The notes: generated by a model not told the origin, from the letters alone. 62,554 nt of DNA, filler included, from Basidiobolus ranarum (GCA_040143965.1; 34 parts of 34 records of this genome joined end to end with filler, not necessarily neighbours in it), one strand, 5' to 3'. Counted from the first letter of the whole stretch, positions 25,764 to 38,759 are shown. Program-made: numbers and translations.

Positions 25764-28700
25764 NNNNNNNNNNNNNNNNNNNNNNNNNNNNNNNNNNNNN
25801 NNNNNNNTTAATTAATTAANNNNNNNNNNNNNNNNNNNNNNNNNNNNNNNNNNNNNNNNNNNNTTATACATTTCACTATTGTAATGGAGTAATAATTTGG
25901 AATAGCAAGAAGCAATCAGCTATAGTACTTTGTATTACAGAGGCAAAGTATATGGCTGCCCCTAATACTGCACTAGAAGCTACAATAAAGTAATGTGATT
26001 TGAGATGAAAAAATGCTGTTGCATTGAATATCACATCTATGTGCTTAACCAGCTTTGGATCTTGGGTATCAAGCAGTCTGTAGGTCTTAGATTGATCATT
26101 GCTACCACACAATGTATACTTACTGCTCTTGGGTTGTAATGCATAGCATTATGGAGCTGGAATTAAGCATTATGTTAAATAACCAATGAACATAATATGA
26201 CCCTCAGTGGGTTTTGATTAATATAAGGCTTCAAAATGAAGGATAATTTGTTGCTATTGTGTTGGGCAACTGATTTGGATATAGACTGCAGTGGAGACAG
26301 ATTCAGCCCAATATTGGTAATCTAACTTTTGATGATGTATTCCATCATATTCAGACTTGATATTTATTTTGGAATGATTGTGGCAGCTTGTAGCAGGTTA
26401 TCTAATTTATTATTGCCACTATGAGATTTTGGGTAACTGACAATTTAACTTCATGCTCTTGTTTTCGTAAAAGTGTTCAGGAGAATTGGAGTTATTTTGG
26501 ACAAGATCTTGATTTGTGTATTAGACACTTAAGTTTTGTTTAATTGAATATGTCCTATTTATGGTTTACTATGAAATAGTGCAATTGGACATGCTGCAAT
26601 CATAAAAAGCATGCCAGTAATGCATGGGTGAAGATTTGAGGTGATTTGGAGAAGTTTTTGTGAAAATAGTGAAATTGGTAATAGTGATCTAATTGATTTT
26701 TCTACAAATTAGAGTAATAAGCACATGTTTTCAAATGGCAGAATTGAGTGCAAAATAATCAGGAAATGAGTAACTTATTACAAAATATTGAGTTGCTACT
26801 TTTCTAATTTCAACAAGCTTTACCTTACCAATTACTGAATTTATAACAATTAGCAATTTATAGTGTAATTCCTCAATCAAATGTAAAACCAACATACTTT
26901 CACATCTTATTTAACAATAATTTTTCTCTTACTCATACTATGTACTGATTTTCAATTGGGTTCAATAGTTCCTACATGAAGAAATACCAGTAGTTTTGGC
27001 ATACTGATGGCAAATCACTGCACTCTGCAATAGATTGTCCTTCAATAGAATGCTCCCAATCATGCTCACTTGTAACATCATTTTCATGTTTGCAAAATAT
27101 TGATTGAATCTTATAAGCTTCTGATTAGGTGTTAGGATGAGTGAATTGAGTGATATCAAGCCAACACAGCTGCCCAAGCTTGTTATTGATAGATGTTTTC
27201 ATTTATTTTGTAATTAAATTGCTTGAATTGTTTGAAATACATAGCATTTTTTGATATATGCCTATTTTTCACTATTAGTGCTTCATAGAGACCAAAGTGA
27301 TTGTGATTTAACTAGAGCTGTTTATAAGACTTGTCCCATTTTATTGAGCCAGATCAGGCCAGCTAAAAAGTGTGCCAGCACAAATTGGCATGATCAGGCA
27401 CTATCTGGCATGATGTTATTCACCGTTTTGGAAACAATTTATTTTATTTATGTGGTATATTTAAGAAAAGTACTTTTGGACATAATTGCACATTCAAAAG
27501 ATGATGAAAGCTTTGTTCATAGTGTCTTAAGTCTAGAGCTCTCAATGGATATCTTTGAGTATGAATGTATTGTGAATTAATCAAGATTTTGACTACTTTG
27601 CCTAAGTNNNNNNNNNNNNNNNNNNNNNNNNNNNNNNNNNNNNNNNNNNNNTTAATTAATTAANNNNNNNNNNNNNNNNNNNNNNNNNNNNNNNNNNNNN
27701 NNNNNNNAACAATCCTCAAATTTCTGTTAGGGACCAGTGATGACAATGTTTATACTCAAATCTGAAGAGACCTTAAATATAGAAGCACCTTAAGGTAAAT
27801 ACTTCATGGGAGCTTTCCACATGTACTAGTTAATGACCATTTACAGCTGAAAATCACATGTGGTATTAAAATATGATAGCCTGTAAATGCTTGGTTGCTC
27901 AGATTAGATTATACTCTCCACTTCTCAATAATATAGGCTACTTGTTGAACTGTAAGAGCTATCACTGGATGAATGTTTGCTGACAACAATGAAGCATATA
28001 TCAAACTAGTGTTTCCATCTTCATCAGAGGCATTGGTATCAGGGATGTGATAAATATTAGGACAACAAAATCCTTTGCATCAGGTAGGATGCTATTGAAG
28101 GCTTATAAGCTTACAAGCTTCCAAAACCAGCACTTCTTGCAGCACAGTATTAATCATACAACCAAGATAACTCCATTATATCTCAACCCTGACATTTATC
28201 AGTTACTCTTTAGGTGAAGAAGAGTGTAGTCAAGGAGCAAACTAGCTATTGGTTTAATTACTTATTATCCATTGAATCTATAGGCCATCATGAGGTAGTC
28301 AATTTATACAGAGAAAATGCCTACAACTGTGCCTTTTCCAAAGCTTCTTGCTATTATAGCACTATAGTTGATGATGGCAATACCAAGGCTTCTTCAATAC
28401 CCCAGCCACCACACTAAAGAGTAATTTTATCAGCTTCACAACTACATATTATTGATACACTGATTATAATATATCAAAAATGAAAGCTGGTTTTATACAT
28501 GGCTAAAAATGAGATAGCATGATACTGAGAAGAATAATCAGTATTATGCTACTGCTCTGCTCTTTTTGTTCATTTCAAAGCTATTTAACCACTCTAGTTA
28601 CCTATCTTGAAACAACTTGAATCTATGTTAGCCTCAGGGATCAAGATCAATAACATCACATGAAAAATAGCAATGATTGCCAATTTGGTGGCTGGTGAAC

Positions 28701-29166
28701 AGTCATTCATTTTTTCACACACTGGTGGAGATTTTGAGAAGTTGCACACTAGCACCAAAAGTCATAAACTTGTACTTGAGCAGCCTATCATGTTAATGCC
28801 AAGTGATGATGTAGGGTGAGTCATAGTATCTCCAGCTCAAACAGAGTCAGCATTTGAAGAGGTATTTGTATAAGCAACATTATCAAGACCATCAGACACA
28901 TACTTTGCAAAGATTTTCTCTCAATGGCAGATTAAATTGATATTCCCTTGGTGAAGAATATAAGAATTTGTATTAGATCTTAGATTAGAACCTGGATAAT
29001 AATATATTAGAGTTAAAGAGCAACAAATCTGCATTAATATAATAAAGGTAGCATCTAAAAATACTACATCATTGGAGTGCATGGGATACATGGAGAAACT
29101 CTAAAAGGTGAAGTTCAAATTTAATTGCAAGATTAGTTAGTTATTGAGTAGAAACAATGTGCTACT

Positions 29167-29450
29167 CCCTAACAAAAATAAAATCGATTTGATCCGGATC
29201 AGATCCACCCTCCGAAATAGCAAAACCGTCAGAGAACCGTCACAATATCATTGGCTTGCATTCTGCCAGGGATTTTGATGGTGTGACGGCGGTTTCTTGA
29301 CGGTAACTTGGCGGTATTCATACATGTTAAAATATTGATCCTCAAATTTGGCATGCGTTATTCAATATCCAGCAATTTTTGCAAAAATATAATTTTCAAA
29401 TGGCAAATTACTGGGTTTACTGCTGTAGGAATTCAAATTAATATGCATGC
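29167..29450 (-). mobile_element. CACTA right terminus, young copy with CpG retained
   Basis: CCCTAACAAAAATAAAATCGATTTGATCCGGATC, with subterminal CCGTCA and TGACGG repeats. Confidence 0.88.
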
Positions 29451-29550
29451 NNNNNNNNNNNNNNNNNNNNNNNNNNNNNNNNNNNNNNNNNNNNTTAATT
29501 AATTAANNNNNNNNNNNNNNNNNNNNNNNNNNNNNNNNNNNNNNNNNNNN

Positions 29551-30721
29551 TAAAGGATAATAAAGTGTAGCCACTCCAACCATTATAGTAGGAGCTATAA
29601 CACCGAGCCAGAATAACGATGCAAAAGAATGCTCCTGGAAGTAGCCACTAGCAAATAAAAGCAGTGTTGTGGAGACTCCGGTTAATAAAGAGGTTTTCTC
29701 CGGAGAATAGAATAGTTGACCACCAGTCTTCAAGGTAACACCATGAACGAAAGTACGAAATTTAGTGCCTAGATATTCTTTCTTGGCAACAAAAACTGGA
29801 AAGTAAACTGGAGAAACCAATAGATCTACCAGCTCGACCTCTAAGTGCAACAAACGAACGTTATCAGCACGATAAGTTTGCATCAAAAATTGCTCAGCTT
29901 GACGTTCCTCTTGAAAATTTACGTATCTACGAATGGTCTCCACTGCAATGTTTGGCTTAATGTTGAACATGTCTATGTGGCTAACCTCCGTCCGATCTGG
30001 CAAGGTTAAGAGAGTTGGATCAAAATCTCGTACTTGTTCCATCACATCCTCGCCACCTTTAATTGGGTTGATATATCCCTTTTTGTACTTGTAAGCGCCA
30101 TAGATTTGCATCTGAGGATCGGAACTTGCGTATTTTCCTTCCAGAGTGAATTGACGATCAATCCAGGCCCATCGAGTTTCTATAGTGGTTTCGTTACGCC
30201 TTGTCGCGCGATTGTATCGAGTAACTGTTTGATTGTAGCCCTTGAAGTTCATAATAAGTTTTTTTGTTCAGAAGAATCCCCTTGGGAAGGAAATATTACA
30301 ATTCTTGAAACATTACCACTTGAGCTGAGACTATATTTGATATGACCGAAGTGGATCCTATCCAGAAAGGTACGTATCTGGCATCCATCTTATCTGGGTC
30401 TATATGACCAGCGGAGAACCAATTTTTACCATGGTGTCGACTGAACGCCTTGGTAGATTTCCTTAGTTAATTCTGTATATCTGAACATAAATCCTCTCAA
30501 TTAATCCATACCTCAAGTGCTTCTTGTTTGGTTCTAGTGAATGGAATAGCCTTGAGTTTAGTTTTTTTAGGTCCATGTTTTCCGTCCGGGAACTTCGTAG
30601 TGTATTGACGGACCAAAAATCCCCTGAGAGGGAATCGTGTAGCATTTACTGAAAAACATCTGAGTGTATTGGAGAAGGCCGAAATACCCAGAATGCACGG
30701 ACGAGTATTAGTCAAAGACAT
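29551..30721 (-). CDS. Intron-containing gene for a probable mitochondrial membrane protein, 3' truncated
   Basis: The N-terminus is R/S/L-rich and acid-poor, like a presequence. A GTATGG donor lies at 30511. Motifs IPF, YVPFW, TIETRW and PVF...VHGVTLKTGG...YS are followed by two hydrophobic segments. CpG is retained. The exon structure is not fully resolved. Confidence 0.65.
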
Positions 30722-31651
30722 CTAAATTAGTCTGCTGAAATGTTTGCTTTCTCTAAATTCTACAGGAAAATCTTGGTTAATATGGACATGATAAAGAGGG
30801 TACTTACAACCACTTATTTATTTGCAACTCGAAATCCCCCTTTTCGTAAACCCCCGTTTCGTACCTGTCCTACTATAGCGTCATGATCAAATCTATATTG
30901 GGGTTGTGACGTGATTTCTACAAGCCAATTATTTATTTATTCATTGCCCAGCACTTACAATGTTTTAATCTAAAATGACGAATTAAAAAAATCAATTAGA
31001 CATTCATAAAATAAATGGGACGATCGCAAACAATTTGAGAAAAGTGAAGACACATGGCAAAAGAAAAAGTGTTCGAAGACTTGCTCCGTATCAAGAGTTT
31101 AGTGCTGCGATAACCTTACAGGATTGTTTGCTTTTTCTGTTGGTCGACTGCTGCTAGCTGACGAGATACCCTTTCTTTTATAGCCGGTGGAGAGAGGTTC
31201 CTTCAATCTGCAATAACGTTCTGGTCTTTCTCCATTTTCCGGTTATCACAATTCTACAGGAACTCTGAAAGGAGCATTTAGTGTAAATGCATANNNNNNN
31301 NNNNNNNNNNNNNNNNNNNNNNNNNNNNNNNNNNNNNTTAATTAATTAANNNNNNNNNNNNNNNNNNNNNNNNNNNNNNNNNNNNNNNNNNNNTAGTTTA
31401 TTCTTAAGAGTATATGGTGACTTATATAGTAGAAAAGTAAATCAATTGTTTGAGATATTCAGGAATTTGTGTAATAAGATATAATAGATAAGTGGGGGTA
31501 ATATGACATACTTGCTATATAGATATAGAGATATACCTATTTAGAATATAGGGGCTATAGATATATTGCTTTCTGTTTCTGATATATGTATCATAACTAA
31601 AGTTAACTATGATGTTGAATAAAGATTAATTATCCAACACAAAGTCTAGTA

Positions 31652-32270
31652 ATGGCTATAGAATCAAGAACTGTAAATTTGACCTTAAATTATATATTTG
31701 GCAGACTTCTGGATGAAGATTTATGCAAATTGGGATCCAACCAAAAGAATGGAGAAAATGCACTAATAGGCTATGGGAAACCTTTCAGTAAAGGTGAAAA
31801 GCACTTTAAGAAGAGAAGTAACACATTCCATGATTACTTTTATGCAAAGAATGCTTTAAAAGAATTGCAAAAGAAGTAAACATATTGAATCTAGAAATGC
31901 AATTACAATAGAAGATCACTTGTTCTTATCTGCTCTATCTATGATTATCAACAAGGATTCTCAGATATGATATATTGATTCTGGAGCCTCTCAACATTTC
32001 ATAAATGAAAATGTTGGTTTGTGGATTATGAAGAAATCCCAATTAGAAAGGCATTCAAGGGAGATGACCACACATTGGTTACATTGGATTGGGAACTATT
32101 CAAGTCAGTTTAACTGGAGTTTCTGAAGAGAAAATGCATACTTTCAAGGATGTACTTCATGTTCCAGATATTGCCAAGAATTTAATATATGTATGCAAGG
32201 CCACTGCAGAAGGGCTGAAATTCAAATTTAACAAGTCAGGATGCACTATCACCAATCAAAATGGAATTAG
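31652..32270 (+). mobile_element. Copia family A gag-protease remnant
   Basis: Homologous to 35078-35900; YIDSGASQH and DVLHVPDIAKNL. Confidence 0.88.
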
Positions 32271-32271
32271 T

Positions 32272-32910
32272 TCTTAAAGTTAGCACTGCCTAAGTACCTA
32301 TATAGTCATATATAACTTGGCACTTAGTAATCTCATAATTTACTAGGATATTATTAATCATTCCCAATTGGAATTTAATTTGAATATTTTTACCAACTTG
32401 AAGGCTTTCTGATATATAGATTTTTCAAACTTGTGCTGGAAGCTGCAAGCTTTGCACATATGCTTCTGAGACCTTCCACAGCATATTTTAGAGGTTAGAT
32501 TAATTACTTCTTGACAAAACTATAAATGTCAACTTTCTACACAATAAATCAGTGAGTGAACACCACCAATTCCTCAAATTCTCCAAACCATTTCCAACAG
32601 ACTCCCATATGCTTTAACAGGTTATAAGCCCCAAGCTTGAACTCTCTGTCATGTCTACTTCTCAAACTTATAGAACTTTTCCCTCTCCTGAAAAATTGGA
32701 TGGAACCAATTATCAAGTTTGGAAAATTAAATTTAAAATGCTACTGTAAGAAAAAGAACTTTGGGACACTGTTGTAGGAGAGAGAAGCAATGCAAAACTA
32801 TCTGAAACCAAAGTTTTACTCCAGGTTAAAAAAGAACAGAGTGCCTTTAACACAATTTAGCTTAATGTTAAAGACAAATTGCTAATTCAAAGTTCAAGAG
32901 CTAAAACTTC
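32272..32910 (+). mobile_element. Copia family A 5' LTR (32272-32619), PBS GGTTATAAGCCC and gag start
   Basis: LTR ending TTTAACA, PBS, then EKLDGTNYQVWKIK. Confidence 0.9.
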
Positions 32911-33235
32911 CAAGTAATGGGAAAATATGGGCTGTTTGCAGGAACTTTAGAGAAGTGGAGTTGTGAATAGCCTTGTGAGATAATTGTTTATTGTCCAGAA
33001 ATAAAGCATTTATACTTTTTGGTAGAAATACAGAAAACTAACACTGGGGTTGTGTTCAGAACATCTGTGGGAGTAAAATGAGCTATCTTTGGGGCAATTT
33101 GGACAAGTTTGAAATTTCCAATATGGAATTGCTAANNNNNNNNNNNNNNNNNNNNNNNNNNNNNNNNNNNNNNNNNNNNTTAATTAATTAANNNNNNNNN
33201 NNNNNNNNNNNNNNNNNNNNNNNNNNNNNNNNNNN

Positions 33236-34977
33236 CAATTGTGTGCAAACAGCACATGACTTCAGGTTTTTCAGATCACTGGTGAAAGTCAAACAACCAT
33301 TTGGACATGAAGGTAGTTTAAATACTTGAGGATTATAAGTCATTCAATTGACAAGTGTTTTCCACCTGTACCGGGTCTGTGGCAAGCAACAGTTGCCAAT
33401 CAACTGTGGTAAAAGTGTAAGAAAACCAATAAATACCTGGCTGCTAAGATTGGATTGAACTCTCCACTCCTCAATAAGCAAAGCAGCCTCCTTTATAGCA
33501 AGTGTTATGAGTGGACTTATGTTTGCCAATAATACAGAGTCTGTAACAAAACCATTGTCTTCTTCTTCAACTTCTGATGTACTACCATGGGTACTGGAAT
33601 AAACAATGTCAACATCTAGCAGCAAGTCCTTGAAGTTGTCTAGACTTACTGGTTTGACCAAAGTTGCTTTTCTACCCACATCATTTTGGCCTTATAACAG
33701 TGGTAACTTCATGGTACCTTAACTTTTGGCAGTGTTGCCAAAATTTTGATGCAAAGTACAGTCAGTGGACCCAATGGGCAAAACCAGAGTCAATTTATTG
33801 CACTTATTACTGTTGTTATACACCAGGCTTTGTGCAGTGACCATGCTTGTGATTATTTTTTACATGAAGCCTTTGGCTCTCACAGCACAAGAATTTGTGA
33901 CAATAATAGCAGAGCTTCTTTGAATGTTTGTGTTGTAGCATGAGAAGGATATTGTTAAAAAAAGAACACCTCCTATGTAAGGGTGGTATTTTAGGTATAG
34001 CTCAAATTTACCATCTGAAAATTTCAATACCATTCAAAAAGCACTCAAATCTATATCAAAATTGGCTTCCAAGCCAAAATCTGCTGGCACAAAAGGAGAA
34101 AAACCAGCAAGAACAGAGCACTTATTTGATGAGCCATTTAGCAATCCACTATCCACTTTGAAAGGCATTAACATTGTGGAAACTAACTCAAGTAATGATG
34201 AAACATTAATCAATTTACCAGATGTGTTCCTTTCCAGCAATAGTGCAAGTGAAGAGATTGTAATCCCACAAATATGTAGTAAATCAATTGTTGAGCAAAG
34301 TTCAACCAAAACACTGTCAAGACCATCAACTTCCAAATTGGCTACTTTGCCACCATTGAAGAACCATCAGTAGAAAAGTTGGATAGAATAATCACAACAA
34401 GGGAATTGCAGGCAGAACACCATAACAATTTATATGCAATCACAGGTATAAACTACAAAGTTGCTATATAGACCATGACAAGCAATAATGCTGCAATATC
34501 ATAATTAATGCAGCATTTGGAAGCAACTAGTCAACAGTTAGAGAGTCACTCAACAACAATACAAGATCTTCAGAATGCTGTACTTGAGTTACAGCAACAT
34601 GCTGCTCCCTGCATCCATTGGAAAACTGGCAAACCAAATGACTCTGAATGTCAGAGCAGCTATATCTAGCTCTGATGATGAGTGGTTTAACATTTTGGAA
34701 GCTGTGTGGAATATTGCCCAAAATCACCTAGATTTGAGCCAATTGTGAAATAACCAAAAACTGGGCATTACCCTGAAGGTTCTTGTCTTATTTTGTGCCA
34801 CTGATCCTGGGTATTTGCATGCAAATGGCAATTGGGCTAGTATAGGCCTATTCATGAGACAACTCAAAAAAGTAAGCAATTATCAACCTGGAAAGAAAGA
34901 AAAGCAGCCAAAGAAGTACTCAAGGAGCAGGAAGTTAGTAAAACCAAGGGAGAAGCAAAGGAGCCAGTGATTTTAGG
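33236..34977 (-). mobile_element. CACTA/CMC central region, second copy: transposase 5' end (-, ATG 33941) and divergent second ORF (+, about 34010-34977)
   Basis: Reverse-complement homology to 22175-23300. The plus-strand remnant continues about 1 kb with stops. Confidence 0.8.
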
Positions 34978-35077
34978 NNNNNNNNNNNNNNNNNNNNNNN
35001 NNNNNNNNNNNNNNNNNNNNNTTAATTAATTAANNNNNNNNNNNNNNNNNNNNNNNNNNNNNNNNNNNNNNNNNNNN

Positions 35078-36757
35078 TTAGGCAATTTTTGATCATTTTG
35101 CTCAAATAATCAAATCCAATATGACCAAATCTCTTATGCCACAATTGAATAGTTTCTTGATTGGAATAACTTATATTTACACATAAACCTCTTGGATTAT
35201 ATGTAAGTTTGTATAAGTTCTGATCCTTTTCTCCCAAAGCTGAATAACTCCCATTTTGATCAGTGATGGTGCATCCTGACTTGCCAAAATTGAATTTTAG
35301 CCCTTCTGAGGTGGCCTTGCATACAGATATTAAATTCTTGGCAATATCTGGAACATGTAGTACATTCTTAAAAGTATATACTTTCTCTTCAGAAGCTCCA
35401 GTTAAATTGACTTGAATTGTTCCCATTCCAATAGCATCCAAAGTGCCATCATCTCCCATGAAAACCTTTCTAATTGGAATTTCTTCATAATCCCCAAGCC
35501 AATGTTTATCATTTGTCAAAGGTTGGGAAGCTCCAGAAGCAATATACCTTGTCTGGGAATCCTTGTTGGTAGTTGTAAATAGAGCAGATATGAACAAGTG
35601 ATCTTCTGTTGTAACCACATTTCCAGATTCAGTATGTTTTTCCTCATTTGCATTTCTTTTAAAGCAATCTGGGCATAAATGCCCAGTTCTTTTACAGTAT
35701 CACAGAAGGGGGTACTCCTCTTCTTAAAGTACTTTTGCCCTTTATAGGAAGGCTTCCCATCACCTGTTACATCATTTTCTTCATCCTTTTGGTAGGATCC
35801 TGATTTGTGTAAACTTTCATCCAGAAGTCTGCCAAATACATAATTTAAGGTCAAATTTTCAGTTCTTGATTCTAGAGCCATTTCTAGGCTCTGAAACTTG
35901 TATGGCAGGCTATTCAGGACTGTGACTATGATATCCTGATCAGTAGTAGGTACTCCAATGCATTCTATTTCATCCACTAAAATAGTGACTCTATTAATTC
36001 ATGATCAAATATCTTCTCCTGGCTTCATATTGAGGTTAAAGATTTGTCTTCTGAAAAACATCTTGTTGGCAGCAAAACCTGTTTGGTAGGTGTCTTCTAA
36101 GGCTTTTCCATACCTTCTTAGCAGTTTTAGCTCTTGAACATTGAATTTGCAATTTGTCTTTAGCATTAAGACAAATTGTGTTAAAGGCACTTTGTTCTTT
36201 TTTAACCTGGAGTCAAACTTTGGTTTCAAATAGTTTTGCATTGCTTTCTTCTCCTGCAACAGTGTCCCAAAGTCCTTTTTCTTGCAACAGCATTTTCATT
36301 TTAATTTTCCAAACTTGGTAATTGGTTTCATCCAATTTTTCAGAATAGGGAAAAGTTCCATAGATTTGAGAAGTAGACATTACAGAGAGTGCATGCTTGG
36401 GGCTCATAACCTGTTAAATTATTTGGGAGCCTGTTGGATGGGGATTCAATTATTTGGAGGTATTGGTAGTTTTCACCTACTGATTTATAGAGTAGAAAGT
36501 TGACATTTATAGTTTTGTCAAGATGTAAACAAACTAACATGTAGAAAGTGTTAAGGAAGGTCCCAGGAACATGGGTGCAAAGTTTGGGGCTTCTAGCACC
36601 TGTTTGAAAAATCTTTATTTCTGAGAACTTTCAAGTTGTAAAATATCCAAAGTAAGTTCCAATTGAGAATAATGGATAATACCTTGGTGAATTATACAAT
36701 AACTAAGTACTAAGTTATATATAACTATATAGGTGTTTAAGCAATGCTAATTTCTAT
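35078..36757 (-). mobile_element. Copia family A: 5' LTR (36412-36757), PBS GGTTATGAGCCC (36400-36411), gag, protease, GAG-pre-integrase
   Basis: KLDETNYQVWKIKM, LNSLP, YIASGASQ, NVLHVPDIAKNLISV and LWHKRFGHIG. Confidence 0.96.
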
Positions 36758-37984
36758 CGAAACTATTTAGGGAGAAACTGTTGAAATTAGGTAAATAGCA
36801 ACTCATTATTTAGCAGTTNNNNNNNNNNNNNNNNNNNNNNNNNNNNNNNNNNNNNNNNNNNNTTAATTAATTAANNNNNNNNNNNNNNNNNNNNNNNNNN
36901 NNNNNNNNNNNNNNNNNNGAAGCGAGAAGATTCTTCGCTATCGAAAAAGTATAGATTACTGCACGCAAGTATATTATGGAATTCAGGTTGTAGAGATAGC
37001 CTCAATGGTTTTGAATTGCATAGATTATCAACATCGAGCTGATATAATTCTTAGCCGTGAACATTCGGGATAGGTTCATTCGAAGTGGATTCCAAAGTCG
37101 GATTATCTCTAGGGCAAATAGAGAACTCGAGTCAGCTGACACATACATTTGTGAGCTAATCTAATCAATGTAGTTTACTCTCAACAAATAATCCAGCTTG
37201 CCATATGTCTATTTTTCGTGATGAAGCGGTTATCCTAAATTGTTGATGAGTCCGAAGTTATTACTGATTTACTGGAGTCTGATACAGGCCCAATCCCCAC
37301 AAGCCGTCCAATCCAAATACCCAATGCCCAAGGTCCATATGTTTCAAAGTAATAAACGAGATTCTCATCAAACATAACCCTTACTCACAGCGGGAAGGAC
37401 TCAGGGTGTAGTTGGGCGTCTTAATTCGCCAGACTGAGGGAAACCAGGACTGTGTTGCAGCAAATGTTGGGGTGGGATGGTAAAACATCCCCCATGCTGC
37501 TTGTTCATTCAATTTTGCTCTTGGCCGATGTTCCATTGCTCTAAAGGCTTGATTAAGTTGCCTTCATACAATGTGAGGTAGTATATAGGACGCCATTATC
37601 GCTTTACTGGTGGATAATTTAGTGAATGTAGTAAGATCTTGGCACTTAATTGTAGTATGAAACCCTCCTGCGTATCATCAATTCGAGGAAGTTAGATGCG
37701 TATGTTTAGCGTTATTCATTCTCCGAAGGAATTTTAATTAAATCTGGTTATCCTGATTAATTGCTCACTATTCCGGTAAAACTGGTGCAATCTAGCTGGG
37801 TTGCGGTTATAATCAGCTGAAGGGAATATTTTATCTGAACATTAACATGTGCTTTTGACACACGTTTGATTTCCTTCTAAAATACTTATCCAAACCCTAC
37901 CGCATCTGATAAATCAAATAAATATAGCGCTTTAATATCCATACTTTGTTAGCAGACATGGGTTCACACTTATTGTATGTCTGA

Positions 37985-38659
37985 ACTTAGGGTTAGGGGG
38001 GAGACAGTCACCAACTGGTGGAATCTTTATTTCAAACAAAACAAAGAAGTCATAACTACTTTTATAGTTTCTTAACTAATGTATGGAGATCAGGAGTATT
38101 GGTATGAATGTTGCAAAGTAGAAAAGTTAAGTCAGTAGAGTGGGAGGGAGATATAAAGCATAAAGGGAGTATGTTTCTGAAGATATTGCTGCCAAAGGTC
38201 CACCAAGTATTCCTTGTAGGCAAGGGAGGGCTTCTCAGCTTGTTCTATAAAGGAAGCAAATTTTCTGACTTCATGATCTCCTAGCAGTATTCTCCAGCAA
38301 GAAGAGGAATTAGTCAAGTGGGAGCTTCTCCAGGACTTAATCAGAGGGTTCTGACTCTTGCAAATTCTGATGAACAGTCTAGTCTTGAGGTAGAGAATTC
38401 TAAGACTATATGGAAGTAAACCAAAAGCCCCAAGAATGGCATGTCTGTAAGGGCACTCAGGCAGATGAGGAACTAGGGAAGTGATACACCAAACAACAAA
38501 TCTGTCAAGTTTGGTGAAGTCCCTGGAAGTGAGAGAAAGAAGAGGTAAGCCAAATTCTAGAACTGGAAAAACAAACTGTTTGAGGAGAAGTAGGCAACTG
38601 GGAGCAGAAGTAGTAGGTGGAGTAACAGCCAGTAGCTTGTGAAGAGCCTGCCTTGCCAA
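37985..38659 (-). mobile_element. Non-LTR retrotransposon 3' portion: post-RT region, AATAAA, stem-loop and CCCTAACCCTAA tail
   Basis: LLKQFVFPVLEFG matches the LYK.FVRP.LEYG motif that follows LINE RT domains. The region is CpG-depleted. AATAAA at 38031-38026; TTAGGGTTAGGG at 37987-37998. Confidence 0.7.
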
Positions 38660-38759
38660 NNNNNNNNNNNNNNNNNNNNNNNNNNNNNNNNNNNNNNNNN
38701 NNNTTAATTAATTAANNNNNNNNNNNNNNNNNNNNNNNNNNNNNNNNNNNNNNNNNNNN

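Noticed and set aside
27733-29166. CpG-poor region lying outside two CACTA termini
   Set aside because: Probably old TE debris, but no motif could be identified.
36919-37900. CpG-retaining region that may hold a spliced gene
   Set aside because: I could not build a consistent exon chain or a recognisable protein.
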